A DNA stretch of 64,000 nt from the human T2T-CHM13v2.0 reference genome, Homo sapiens: assembly GCF_009914755.1 (NCBI RefSeq), contig NC_060928.1; one strand, written 5' to 3'. Both the position numbers and the translations under genes were made by a program. Below, one piece after another: positions 48,932 through 62,060 of the stretch (the first letter of the stretch is position 1; each line of letters begins with the position of its first letter). A model generated the notes under the pieces. That model had not been told where the DNA came from. It was given only the letters and a program-made list of their open reading frames with translations, and did no database searches.

Positions 48932-49470
48932 TGTATTAGTCAGCGTTCTCTAGGACAGAAGTAACAGGATAGAGGAATGTATGAAAAGGAGTTCATATAA
49001 GGAGAGTTGACTCACACAATCACAAGGCGAAGTCCAACGATAGACAATCTGCAAGCTGAGGAGCAAGGAAGTCAGTAGTGGCTCAGTGTGAGTCTCAAAA
49101 CCTCAAAAGTAGGGAAGCTGACAGTGCAGCCTTTAGTCTATGGCCGAAGCCCCAAGAGCCCCTGACAAACCACTGGTGTAAGTCCAAGAGTCTAAAGGCT
49201 GAAGAACCTGGAGTCTGATGTTCAAGGGCAGGAAGCATTCAGCACGGGAAAAAGATGAAGGCTGGAAGACTCAGAAAGTCAGCTCATTCCACCTTCTTCT
49301 ACCTAGCAGCTGATTGAATGGTGCCCACCCAGACTGAGGGTGAATCTGCGTCTCCCAGTCCACTGACTCAAATGTTAACCTCCTCTGGCAACAACCTCAC
49401 AGACACATCCAGAAACAATACTTTGCATCCTTCAATCCAATCAAGTTGACACTTAATATTAACCATCACA
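48932..49470 (-). mobile_element. MLT2A-family (HERV-L) solo LTR
   Basis: TGTATTAGTCAGCGTTCTC...CAATCCAATCAAGTTGACACTTAATATTAACCATCACA. TSD AGTTG/AGTGG (4 of 5 match). Confidence 0.88.
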
Positions 49471-49504
49471 AGTGGTAAGTTAGATATGTCTTCTATCTGC
49501 TCCT

Positions 49505-50301
49505 GAGGGCCAACGGTTAAAATTTTAGAAGTCCTATAAGCTGGTTGTTATATATAGATATTATTTAAAATTTATATTAATTTGCAATTAAATAAATTAT
49601 ATTAATAATAAAGGTAATAAATACTCAAAGCTTTTCACTTCCCAAGTTATGTTAGGATTACTTATGTTCTTGAGGTTATTTGCATTTTCATGGCTGAATA
49701 GTGGAAATGCGACACATCGATGTGTTACTGCGCATCTCTTCCCTGCTCTGTGTTAGTGCTCAGTGATATCATGTTGGCACTTTGAAATCAGCCAAGGTGC
49801 ATGCTTTATACTATAGAAATTCACAAGCACTACAAAGTACAACTTGGTTTATTGCTTTGTTGATGATCTAGACTTAAGAAAATGATGGAGAAATGTAAAT
49901 CATGCAAGTTAAACTTGAAAGTGTATTATATTTGTAGTCATTACATTGTGACTAGTACAAAAAGTGAGGAAATATTCTTCCAGTGTTAAAATACTATTAT
50001 CAGATTCAGCAAGGAATCTGTTTGTGTGATGAACAAAAAAGTTCTGATACAGGTCTTTGTTGTTTCACTTTGCCTTACTCACTAACATAAATGAAAATAT
50101 CAACCAGCCTTTCAGTCAGAACTACACCCCTTCATCACCTACAACTCTAGTTTGCAGAAATTTAGCAAAATCAACAAAAACACTCTGTGAGAATTAATTG
50201 GTTGTGTAGAATTTAAAATGAAATTAGATATTTTATTATTATTTATAAATTATCTGTTATATGTTCTTGATATGAGTACATGTATAATATAATAAAATAA
50301 T

Positions 50302-50332
<31 letters not shown>

Positions 50333-50362
50333 GAACCAGTTGTTGAACATATATCAGCATGA
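49505..50362 (-). mobile_element. Old hAT-type DNA transposon (Arthur-like) containing (CA)n at ~50302-50328
   Basis: End gagaaccagttgttgaacat...cagca resembles the reverse complement of the Arthur terminus. Family name is from recall. Confidence 0.5.
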
Positions 50363-51170
50363 ATATGAGTAATTCCCACCCCAAAAAATTAGGATGCTGA
50401 GCAGCCAAAAACAAAAATAAATTATGTCTTCTAAGATAGGTATATAAACAGGCAATTGCAAGATAACACATGTAGTATTTACGGGGCAATAGAGTTCAAC
50501 AAACAGAAAAGAAAACAATGCAGCATAGAGAAAAGAATGAAAGGAGAGAAATGGCTAAATTTAGGGTAAGTCAAAGTTAGAGGGAGGTACATTGTTGATC
50601 CTTGGTTCAACTATTAAATAGAAGGCTAGATTACATACTTTAAAAATTGGGAGTGAGGCAAGGAAAGGGGATTGTTGAAAGTGGCCAATGTTTGGAAGAG
50701 ATATTAAGGGATATTTTAGAAGGTGCTATGCCTTATTCCCTATAATGTCCAGCTAATACTTTATATAGCGTGATTTCAGTAAATGTTTAGGCATTGAATG
50801 TGGAAATCCACCATTATGTTATATAGTGATTCTGGGTCCGCTATTTACCAGCAGAGTGACACTGGGGAAATTAATCTCTCTGTCCCTCGGTGTTCCCATG
50901 TGCAAAATGGAGATAATAATATGAGATAATTTATTATATATCTTTGAGAATTAAAAATGTTTTATGTACAGCCCTTAGAATATGTACAGCCCTTAGAACA
51001 GTCCTAGGAACTGGCAGCAGTTAGCAGATTATTATTATAATTATCTTGGGTCCATGTTTTTTCTTTAATTTTTTGGTTGCTTTCTTAATAGCAGGTTGTT
51101 GGTGATTACTTCCTGTGTTTGCATTGTGTCTGCATCTTACAGTACTACTCATCTCTGTCTATTTTTCTGG

Positions 51171-51682
51171 TGAGGAACTGAAACATGGCCCTGATGAAAA
51201 CCAGACCGCAATATTCTCTCCCATCACAACGTTGTGTTCTTAACATTCGCATAAACAATGCTAAGAACAAGGCATAGACAAGACTGCTACGTGACCAGAG
51301 AAATGACTAAATACCCACCTCTTTTGACTAACATGAATGATTGCTGCTTTTTTACCAGTGGCAACTCTAGATTCGCTTTATTCTTCTTATCTCTTAGACA
51401 AAAAATGTTAAGATTCCCAATCACTGACTTTTTCCTTCTTCTTGAAAGCTCCCAATTCAGAACTGGTTCTTGTTTCCTTATTTAACTCCTTAGAATCATC
51501 CAACATAAGCTCAACTCCCATAAGAAGCCTTTTCTTAACCCCCTCCCCATTACTGACATGCTCCTATGTTCCTATGGAGTGCTGTCTCCCTTCCTGCAGC
51601 AAGCTAAATAACCTTCACCTTTTACATTTATTTACTTATTTATTTTACAAGTGCGCCCGTTAGTCTTTGGTCTGCTTCAACA
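51171..51682 (+). mobile_element. Probable ERV solo LTR (family not assigned)
   Basis: TG...CA ends, ~510 bp, poly(A)-signal-like gctaaataa near the 3' end, flanks CTGG/GTGG. Confidence 0.45.
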
Positions 51683-51929
51683 GTGGTCATGTAATCAGTC
51701 ATTGGCCAGAAAGATTGAAAACCAAGAATGATGTGTTAAGAATTGTGTGTTAAAGTAAGAACAAATATGATTTTTAGTAAGTTGCTAAGGGAAGCAGTAC
51801 ATTGCCTGGGGTTTGAAGAATGAAGGTCCTCCTGCATTATGTTTGAGCTCAAACTGAGTTCTGGAGAACACAGCTGACACATACATGGGATTTTATTGTT
51901 GGTTTCTTTTTTTAGAAGAAGAATCTCAA

Positions 51930-54360
51930 TCTTCAGAAACTGTGGATATAAAGTACAAAGAACCTTTTTTTTCTGAATCTATTCTTAAGTTGCTGATATT
52001 ATGCTTCATCATCCCTGAATACTTGAATGTGCATTTCCTATAAAAAAGGACATAACCACAATACAACACTCACAATCAGGAAATTAACATTGATACCTTA
52101 CTACCATCTCATCCTCAGCCCATGTGTAAATAACATCCTTTGTATCTAAAGAATGCAGTTCAAAATCGCAGCTTGCATTTAGTTGTCATGTGTGTAGTCT
52201 CCTTCAATAGGGAACAGTTACTTCTTCAGTCTCTTCTTAACTAACACTCTGACACTTGAAGATTACAGGTCAATTATTTTAGAGACTATCTCTTTGTTTG
52301 GGTTTGTCTAACATTTCCTTATCTTTAGTTTCAGGTAATGCATCTTTGGCATAAATATTTTTAAAATGATACTGTGTTCTGTTCTTTGTATTTTATCAGG
52401 TGGACCTGATAAAATACATCTTGTCTTATCACTGGTGTTTAATCCTTGAATGAGGTGGCATCTGCCAAGGTTGTTCACTGTGAGGTGACTCTTTTTCCCT
52501 TTGCAGTTAATAAGCATTTTTTGCAGGGGCAAGTATATGAGACTATGTAAAATCCTCTTTCTCAGCATAGTTTCAATCTGTTTGCTTGTTTGCTTACATT
52601 AATATAGACTCATGATTTCCTGTTTTATTTAATGCATTATTGTCTGCCACTTTGTATTCATTTTGACCTCCAAATTATTCCTGATTTGCCCAGTGGAAGC
52701 CCCTTCAACCTGACTTTTTTTTTTTCTACAAGTCTCTATGATTCTTTGAGCACTTCCTCACTTTTAGACACCACAAGTTGTTCTAGGCTCACACTGTAGT
52801 TTTCTCCCCCAGCCTGGAATCAGCTATTTCTTCACAAAATCCCTAGCTCTCAATGGATAAAGGTCTTTAGAAGTCAAGATCAAGGTGCTAGCTGTGCTTC
52901 CTGCCTTTCATTTTATCTCATGCCCTCTCATTATATACACACATGCACACACCTCTATTTATTTCTATATCTAACATATATTTTGAAAGACCTGAGTTTA
53001 CACTAATGCCTCCAATGCCAGACAAAGCCATAAAGTTCCATATTTGCAGTTCATTCATGAGCAATCTGCACACATTACCCTTAAGGTACTTATTTGTTGA
53101 TCAATCTACGAGTAAGGAACTCATTCCCATTGTGTCCGGAATTGGTTCCTTCCAGTGGGTTCATGGTCTTGCTGACTTCAAGAATGAAGCTGCAGACCTT
53201 CACAGTGAGTGTTACAGCTCTTAAAGATGGCACAGACCCAAAGAGTGAGCAGTAGCAAGGTTTATTGTGAAGAGTGGAAGAACAAAGCTTCCACAGCTTG
53301 GAAGAGGACCCCAGCGGGTTGCTGCTGCTGGCTGGGGTGGCCAGCTTTTATTCCCTTATTTGTCCCCTCCCATGTTCTGTTTTTGTCCTATCAGAGTGCC
53401 CTTTTTTCAATCCTCCCTGTGATTGGCTACTTTTAGGATCCTGCTGATTGATGCGTTTTACAGAGCGCTGATTGGTCCATTTTACAGAGCACTGATTGGT
53501 GCATTTTACAGAGTGCTGATTGGTGCATCTTACAATACTCTTGCTAGCTACAGAGTGCTGATTGGTGCGTTTTTACAACACGCTGATTGGTACATTTTAC
53601 AACACGCTGATTGGTGCATTTTATGATCCCCTTGCTAGCTACAGAGTGCTGATTGCTGTGTTTTACAATCCTCTTGTAATACAGAAAAGTTCTCCAAGTC
53701 CCCATTCGATGCATGAAGTCCACTGGCTTCACCTCTCACCATTGCTGATCCTATTTCTTTCCTCATGGGGACATCCTCGTCACTCCATTCAGGTTTTACA
53801 TCCTCATTCCTGGCTACTGCCACATCACGGCACCCATGCAGGCACTCTCTTTACTCCCATTAGGCTCTTACACCCCACATTTGGCCACTATCCCAGAAAG
53901 AAACCCTCCTCACCACAACTGGTCTTGACACTCTACACTGGATCACCCCCCATACCCAGACATCCTCCTTACCTGACCTGGACACCCAGTTCTTTTTATC
54001 ATGCCATCCTTCCTACACAGACACCCTCCTCATGCTGCTTGGGCTTTGACACCCTGTGTTGGGCTCACCCCTTCAGGGGTGTCTTCCTTACCCTGCTTGG
54101 CTTTGAGATCCTGCACCTGGGCTATGCCTCTATAGATGTGCTCAGGTTCCAACACCTGCTGCCAGGCTGCCTGCTCACATGGATGTTTTCCTTATCCTAC
54201 TGAAGCACTCTCAGGCCACCTTGGGCTGCCTCCTTTGGTGGACGCTCTCATTACCCTTAGCTTGCTCTCAATTCTCACTCTTGACCACTGTGGCTCTCCC
54301 AGGCTGAGATGGACACATGCTCAACTACACCTGGTTGGCTAGGACTGAAGTGTCCAGGAA
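51930..54360 (-). mobile_element. L1MC-like element interrupted by LTR12
   Basis: cataaccacaatacaa...aaattaacattgatac...gcatttagttgtcatg...ttcttagtttcagg...; C-rich repeat region continues after the LTR. Confidence 0.55.
53131..53738 (-). mobile_element. LTR12 (ERV9) solo LTR, short variant
   Basis: Minus-strand start TGAGAGGTGAAGCCAG and end CCGGACACA, with tandem CCAAT repeats. Perfect 4-bp TSD CCAT (53127-53130 / 53739-53742). Confidence 0.92.
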
Positions 54361-55083
54361 AGGAAGTGAAGAAAAGAGGAAGAGAGCTGTTGGTTTATTT
54401 TAAATGAGGAACTCCTAACTTTTGTCTTTTATCATCTGTGTGTTTCAGTAAGACTGACACTTTTGTTTCTCTTTGGCAGAATTGTATATACCTAGCATTT
54501 TAAGTCATAGAAAGCTACCTGGATTTTTTTTTTTTAGACCAAATCCACCATTGGTTTTCCCTTGTCCAGATTAGATTTAATGCAAGCCTTTCCCAATTTG
54601 GTCCAAACCTAATTTTGTTGCCTCTTTTCTGTGTACTTTCTGCCAAGTAACTTAGGAATTCAGCTCCTGTGAACTCTTTGCCTTAAACAAATATGTCATG
54701 CCCTTTCCCACATTTATGCATACCTTTTTCTTCCTGGAATGCCCTCATACCATTTTTCTGTTTGGAAACCTCTGACTCATTATTTAAAATTCAGATCAAG
54801 TGTCACTTCTCAGTGAAACCTTTTTCAACTCCCTCAGGGTGAGTAAGTTCTTTCTGTCTCTTAAGAGAGTGTTTAGAGCACTTGCTATTTAACTTCTATC
54901 ATCGACCGTGTAAAATTAGGCAAATTGCTTACCTTTCCTGAGTTTCAGTTTCCTCAACTGTTAAGTGGAGATAATAATAGATAATAATCAATAAAGTTGT
55001 CCTTAAGGTGAATTGCAAATAATCAACATGCTAATAATTGCTATTTTTATGTTTATCTGATTATGTTAAAATTGTGTGTTCTA

Positions 55084-55214
55084 GGCTGATGTGGTGGCTT
55101 ATGCTTGTAACCCTAGCACTTAGAAGGCTGAGGCTGGCAGATTGCTTGAGACCAGGTGTTGGAGACCAGCCTGGGTAACATACTGAGACCTCATTTCTAA
55201 AAAAAAAAAAAAAA
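55084..55214 (+). mobile_element. Old Alu left arm / FLAM with A-tail
   Basis: ggctgatgtggtggcttatgcttgtaaccctagcac...gagacctcatttct followed by A-run. Confidence 0.8.
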
Positions 55215-55216
55215 TT

Positions 55217-55547
<331 letters not shown>

Positions 55548-55799
55548 TTAATTCAAAATCCACAATATGTGATGAACATTTTCTGAAGGAAATTATTCAT
55601 TCTGTAAATATTTTTAAGCGCATACCATGTACCAGGCATATGTTATGCAATAATGTGACCAAAATAGAGATGCTCTTTGATTTCATGGAATTCACAGTCT
55701 AGTGAGAAATAATGAATTTAGCAAAGAATTATTCAAGTGAATAAATAAATATATGCAAACTGTGATAAATCTTAAGAAGGATAATAATTACAAGATCAG

Positions 55800-56575
55800 T
55801 GTGGTATCATAGAAAGAAATTTGGATTTTGTTCCTGGCACAGAGTTTCCAAAACTCTTGGAGTTTCGTGATTGATAACAATCATAGAAGCACCTTTTTTT
55901 CCAATGAAGCAACTCTCTTGCTGGGCCCCTAATATAGTTTCAGGATAGAGACTGGGGGCCAGAAAGACCAAACTTTGTCTAGAAGCTTGGAAATTTCAGC
56001 CCCACTCCCCAACCTTCAGGGAGTGCAGAAAGGTTGGACTCTGTCTTAATCAACAATGGCTGATGATTTAATCAATTATGTGTATGTAATAAAACCTCCT
56101 TAAATAAAACATAAACAATGGGGTTTGGAGAGCTTCCAGGCTGGTGAACATGCAGAGGTTCCTGGAGGGTGGTGTGCCCAGATGGGGCATGGAAGCTCTA
56201 TTTTCTCTCCCATACCTTGCCCTGTGTATCTCTCCCATTGGTCTGTTCCTGAGTTTTACCCTTCATAATAAACCAGAAATAGTAAGTTAAGTGCTTTCCT
56301 GAGTTCTATGAGTTGTAGTCAATGATCAGTTCTAAAAAGAGGGTTGTAGGAATCCCTAACTTTGTAGCTATGTTGGACAGAAGGGCGGGTGGCCTGGGGA
56401 TTTCATACTTGGGATTGGCCTGTGAAGTAAGGGCAGTCTTGTGGGATTGAGCTCTTAAACCTGTGGAGTCTGATGTTAACTCTGGGGGTGTCAGAATTCA
56501 ATTGAATTGAATTGTAGGAGATTCAGTTTGTTTCAGGAGGAAAAACAACCCCTCATTTTGGTGTCAGAAGTGTTA
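55800..56575. mobile_element. MER21-like LTR
   Basis: ttcctggcacagag...gccagaaagacc...ggagagcttccaggctggtgaacatg...gtgtcagaattcaattgaattg...ttggtgtcagaagtgtt. Confidence 0.7.
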
Positions 56576-56576
56576 T

Positions 56577-57058
56577 GAGTAAACATATGTTTATCACATC
56601 ATTATTTGCAATAACAAAGTCTTGGAATCAGCCTAAGTGTCTATCAACAGATGATTTGATAAAGAAAATGGAATATATATACTCCATGGGATACTGCTCA
56701 GCCATGAAGAAGAATGAAATAATGTCTTTCGCAGCAACATGGATGGAACTAAAGGCCATTATTAAGTGAAATGATGCAGAAACAAAAAGTCAAAGACCAC
56801 ATGTTGCCACTTAAAAGTGGAACTAAACAATGGGTACACATGTACACACCAAGTGGAATAATAGACATTGGAGGTGCCCATAAATTGGAGAGTGGGAGGG
56901 GTGTGAGAGATGAAATCCTACACTATTTGGGTATTGGGTAAACTAAAAGTCCAGACTTCACCACTACACAATATATCCGTGTGACACAACTGCACTTGTG
57001 CCCTAAATTTATTTTAAAAAATCAAAACAAAACAAAAACAACAAAAATGTAAAAAAAG
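56577..57058 (+). mobile_element. L1PB/L1MA-type 3' end fragment
   Basis: ORF 56575..56769 is the ORF2p C-terminus (MSFAATWMELKAII). 3'UTR ccagacttcaccactacacaatatatcc plus A-rich tail. Confidence 0.8.
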
Positions 57059-57099
57059 AATTGTTTGCCAAAATTTTTTAAAAAGTGTTGTGAATGAAA

Positions 57100-57920
57100 A
57101 CACCTCCATCAGTAAGCAAATGAAGGAGTTGCTAATTTAGAAAAGAAGTAGAAAAAGTCTTTCTGAAAAATTGATATTTGCCTGAGACCTTAAAGGCTGA
57201 GTAGAAATTAAACAAGTGAGATGTGCATGGAAGAGGAACAGTATGTGTGAATGTATGGGGCAAGAAAGAACGTGGCTCCAGTAAGCCAGGTTTTGGATAC
57301 AATTAATGATAATGTGAGGGATGTGTTGTCAAATGAGATTTAAGTGGCAGTCTGGGGCCATGTCCTGCCCACCTTGAGGGATTCTGTGGATTATAAAACC
57401 TGCAATGGAAAGCAATTAGATGCTTTAGTCAGAGCTGTGACCTGACTTTAGTTTTTCCTACAAAACACTCAGGCTACTCTGGGAAGAACATGTAGCAGGG
57501 GTACAACTGAGTGACTATGATGGTCCCAGGGAGATGTAAACCAAGTGTTGTCATTGGAGTAGAGAGAAGTTACAAAGACTGAAAGTGCATTTGGGAGACT
57601 GACAGACAGGTCTGGTGATGATTGGGATGCAACTGGCAGGTGTGGGGGAGTTGTTCAGGATTAGCAAGGCTCGGGCATGAATAGGAGAAAGGGCAAAAGC
57701 AGAGGGGAAGTTTACTAAGACAGTAGTAACTGGAGGAGGAGAAGTTTTCCAAGAGAAGATAAAGAGTTCCATTTTGGACATGTTAAGTGCATTTGAGATG
57801 ACTGGAGGAAGGCCAAGTGGAAATGTCAAGTATGTGCTTGATTATATGAGTTTGGAGTCCAGAAGAAGAATCTGAGCTCAACATATACATTTGGGAGTTG
57901 TCAACATAGAGATAAAAACC
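57100..57920. mobile_element. L2 fragments
   Basis: gagttccattttggacatgttaagt...ccaagtggaaatgtcaagt...atttgggagttgtcaacatagag is typical L2 3' sequence. Confidence 0.6.
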
Positions 57921-58066
57921 CCAGTTCCCTCTCTCTCTGTGCTACCGTTATTGACAAAACTATTCATCTTATTGACTGTAATCTTTCTGGATAATTGTCA
58001 TCCTAACTATAATATGTAGATGACTTGCATTTGCAGAAAGGTAGTGGCCATCTCTGAAGAGTAACA

Positions 58067-59461
58067 CTGTTAGTTCTGCTATAACATGATATATGTGTTC
58101 CTCAGAATGAAAGTGCTATGCAAAGCTGCACAATAAAAACCATGAGGCTTATGGGAAAAATTAGGCAAAACCTCAAAAACTTCTTTGTGACATATTAAAA
58201 AAAAGACAGAAACCTAATAAAAACAGTAGCACAGTCTTACACAGGTTAAATGGTCAAGACATACAAAAGTACTACAATAAATATGATACCTTATCTTGAA
58301 AAGGACATAAAGTTTGTTTGTGGAAGTGGGCATTGAAGGGTTGTGACTCGTGAGTTATTGTTAAATGGCAGAAGAACCATTTTCTGAAGAATGGAAAGTT
58401 GTAATACCAGATACGGATAACTGTAGATCCTTGTGCTTGAGCCAGCCAGCATCAGTTGTATACAATTCACAGCTGTGAATCCTGGGGTATGTTTTCCTGC
58501 CTTTGAAAGGTAGGTTTTTTTCAGGCGTACAATGATAATAGTACTCCATTCTTCAAAATAGAGAATTTGATCTAAAGGACAGCTGTTTTCTTTAATTGCC
58601 TTCTGTATCACTGCTGGGAATTTTTTTTGTGGCTATCTAATTTGTTCTTACAGCTCCATCCAACAGCTGAAGCCTTTGGAAGTTCTTGCCATGTTTGAAG
58701 ACACTGTTATCACTAAAACAAAACAAAACAAAAACCACTTCTGCAAGATTTGGTAATTTCTATTTAGGGTCTTTGAATATAGATAGTGCTGTCTCTTTGA
58801 TTAGGGAAAAGATTGTTTCCAATTTTCTTAACATTTGGTCTTCAGTCCATATACTTTACAATCTTTCTATATTTTTATTCTTCTTTAGGCCTTGCTCTTA
58901 TTGACTTCCAGCACCCAAATTTTCCTGACCATAGAATTTTCTTTTATTTCCCAGTGTTGTCTCTGATGGTTGGCAGTATGGATTCTTTTACATTTGTTGC
59001 TCAGAATGTATCACATGTTCTCTCATTTCATTCAGAGTGCTTTACTCTTTCAAGCTTCTTCTCAGTTCTTAAAGCTTTCCTTTTGCATGCATAATTTGGC
59101 ATTTCTGAGCCAAGACATTTAGACATATATAAGATGATGAAAGAGTTTTTTTTAATAAACAAGTTTACAAATGCAAAGAAAAAAACAACAGCAAACAAAA
59201 CAAAACAAAAACAAACCTTGACGTTTAACTCTTGCATTAAGTGAGGTAGATATTTAAGATGCGTGTGGATATGCATTCTGTGCATTCCTACTTGGCTCAG
59301 TTCAGCTGGATAAAGGTTTTTACCTTCATGTAGTGTTTTCTGCAGAGAAAATCATGCATATGAAATACAAATTCACATTATACTAAATATTTTTTCTAAT
59401 TTATCAATTGCTTTGGGACAAATTTGCATTTTCAAAACAAACATTATTGAAATACTGACTA
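58067..59461. mobile_element. Old Tigger-family (TcMar) DNA transposon
   Basis: Degenerate inverted ends ctgttagttctgctataaca ... cattattgaaatactgacta; ~1.4 kb. Confidence 0.5.
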
Positions 59462-59757
59462 TATTTACTTTACTCTTATTTTCAAATTTTTCTAGTAGAA
59501 CACCCAAGTTTTGGAAAATAAAAATACTTATAATTGGTTAAGAAACAAATTTTACTCCTGAAAATTTGTAGTAAACCAATTCTTGGAGACATAAAAACTG
59601 TTGGCTAAATGAGCATTAAATAGATTTTCCGATTTATACTCTAGATCTTAAGTAACTTTTTAAACTTCAACTTTGTAATAATTTAATTGGATTCCAATAA
59701 ATGACGTTTTTATCAGACTAACACAAAAATTATTTGTTCTCTTCTTTTCCTCTTTTG

Positions 59758-59795
59758 TTATCTATCTATCATCTATCTATCTATCTTCTATCTGT
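59758..59795. repeat. (TATC)n tetranucleotide repeat, imperfect
   Basis: tatctatctatcatctatctatctatcttctatc. Confidence 0.85.
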
Positions 59796-60232
59796 CTCTC
59801 TATCCATTCATCCATTTGCCTTATGCCAATTCGGTGTGAGAGGTGCATATATGGCAAATACAAGAAACACAGAAAAAATAGATTATATTAAAATTTAAAA
59901 ACTCTAATTTTAAGTATAATAAGAATAACATGTACATGGAATTTTTAGGAAACATAATTTCCTAAAAATAGGAAATTTCCTTTACACCAAATATATGTTT
60001 GTATTATACATATTTCTATAAAGGGTCTGGTGTTTTAAATTTGGATCCTGTCACAAATAAAAATTGGTTGCAGTTGACAAGCTTTATTCTGTTTAACAAC
60101 TACCAAAATTAGAATTCTTAACAACTGATGGTGAAAAATTTACAACTGATTTTTAGAAAAATTATAGATTATTTATTTCTACCATAAAACAATTTAGTGA
60201 AACTAAAAGTTTAATTCAAATGGCTGCCCCAC

Positions 60233-60235
<3 letters not shown>

Positions 60236-60277
<42 letters not shown>

Positions 60278-60282
60278 ACACA
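60236..60282. repeat. (CA)n microsatellite
   Basis: About 18 perfect AC units plus a degenerate tail. Confidence 0.95.
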
Positions 60283-60616
60283 AACACAGCAAAGGGGATT
60301 ATTATTTATTATGCATTTTTCTTGGGCCAGAAACTCTGTCAGGTGCTTTTAGATATGTCCTCTCTAATCTTCACTCCAAATCCTCATGTGATAGGAACAA
60401 GCTCAAAAACAGAAAGAAGTTCAATTTGACCAATAATTACTTTTAAGAAACTAAATTCCAAATTTTTCCCAGGATTTCAGAAATGTTGAATTATGGTATG
60501 ATACTGGTGTAGAGAAAACTCCTTCTTTCCCGTAGCTGAATTTTGTCTCACTCTTCACTTTACAGGATGTGTTTTTACCTGAGTTAAAAACAAGTTTTTT
60601 AAAAAAATTAAAAGTT

Positions 60617-62060
60617 GGGAGACAGATTAAGATGGTGGACAGGAGGCAGGACTAGCTTGCAGCTCCCACTTGGATGGTCAGAGCAGTGTGTGGAGACTCA
60701 CATCGTTAACTTTTGCTCCAAGAACTACTGCAGGAACATACCAGGAAAGCTGAGAGAATCCACAAACCCTTTGAAGGAACTGGATCACTGCTGCAGGCTC
60801 CCTGAGACACCAAAAAATGGTGAGTCTGCTTCCTTTCTCAATGGGGAAGCTCATGGTCTGGGGCAAGTTCTCAGCCCTGGTCATTTGCTGCCTGGAAATA
60901 CACTCAGTGTTGTTGTGGGGGCATGGTGGGAGTGAGACTGGCCTTTAGGACTGCAGGCTATGTGGAAGCAGGGTGAGGCCTGTGACTGCTGGCTTTCCCC
61001 CACTTTCCTTGTGACCTGTATGACTCAGCAGAAGCAGCCATAATCCCGATAGGAATATAACTCCATTGGACTGGGAACCACACCCCATGTCCCACAGCAG
61101 CTGCAGTAAGCCCCACCCAAGGAAAGGCTGAGCTCAGACACACCTATCCCTGCCCCTACCTGGTGGTATTTCTCTAACTGCCCTGGTAGCCGAAGGCAAA
61201 GGTCATAATCTCATGGGAGCTCTATGGCCCTGCCCACCACCTGAGAATACTGAATACTTAGCTAGGTGTCCTAGGGCAAGTTTTCATCCTCCCTACAGGA
61301 CTGCAGCTGATGCAGTCTTGAAAGTGCCACCTCCTGGCTGGAGGTCAACCAATCAAAACCAGTACACTAAACAACAGCACAAACAAGGAACCTCACTAAG
61401 TCCACTTCACTTCCTTGCTAACTCCATTGGAGCAGGTGCTGGTGTCCACAGCTGCAGACGTGTAGATGGATCACATTGCAGGACTCTTTGCAGACACTTA
61501 CTACTACCAGCCCAGAGCCCAGTAGCTCCACTGAGTGGCTAGACCCAGAAGAGCAAAAACAATCACTACAGTTCATCTCTCAGGAAGCTCCATTCCTAGG
61601 GGAAGGGAGAGAGCACCACATCAAGGGAGCACTCCATGCAACAAAAGAATCTGAACAGCAGCCCTTGAATCCCAGATCTTCCCTCTGACGTAGTCTACTC
61701 AAATGAGAAGGAACCAGAAAACAACTCTGGTAATAAGATAAAACAAGGTTCTTTAACACCCTCAAAGGATCATATGAGCTCACGAACAATGGATCCAAAC
61801 CAAGAAATAATCTCTGAATTGCCAGAAAAAGAATTCAGAAGGTTGATTATTAAGCAAATCAAGTAGGCATCAGAGAAAGGTGAAATCCAACTAAAGAAAT
61901 AAAAAATAAGATACAGGATATGAAAAAAAAAGCTCTTCAGTGAAACAGCATAAATAAAAAACAATCACAACTTCTGGAAATCAAAGACACACTTAGAGAA
62001 ATGCAAAATGCACTGGAAAGTCTCAGCAATAGAATTGAACAAGTAGAAGAAAGAACCTCA
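60617..62060 (+). mobile_element. Older primate L1 (L1PB/L1PA13-16-type) 5'UTR and start of disrupted ORF1
   Basis: aagatggtggacaggaggcaggactagcttgcagctccc 5' end. ORF1 start atgagaaggaaccaga at 61703, with later stops. Confidence 0.8.

Noticed and set aside
53420-53670. Regularly spaced repeats resembling a CRISPR array
   Set aside because: No unique spacers; these are LTR12 U3 CCAAT repeats in a primate genome.
53562-54203. 213-aa ORF as a new gene
   Set aside because: It spans the LTR12 repeats and a C-rich degenerate array, starts at a non-ATG codon and shows no family resemblance.
60220-60429. His/Thr-repeat ORF
   Set aside because: Translation of a (CA)n microsatellite.
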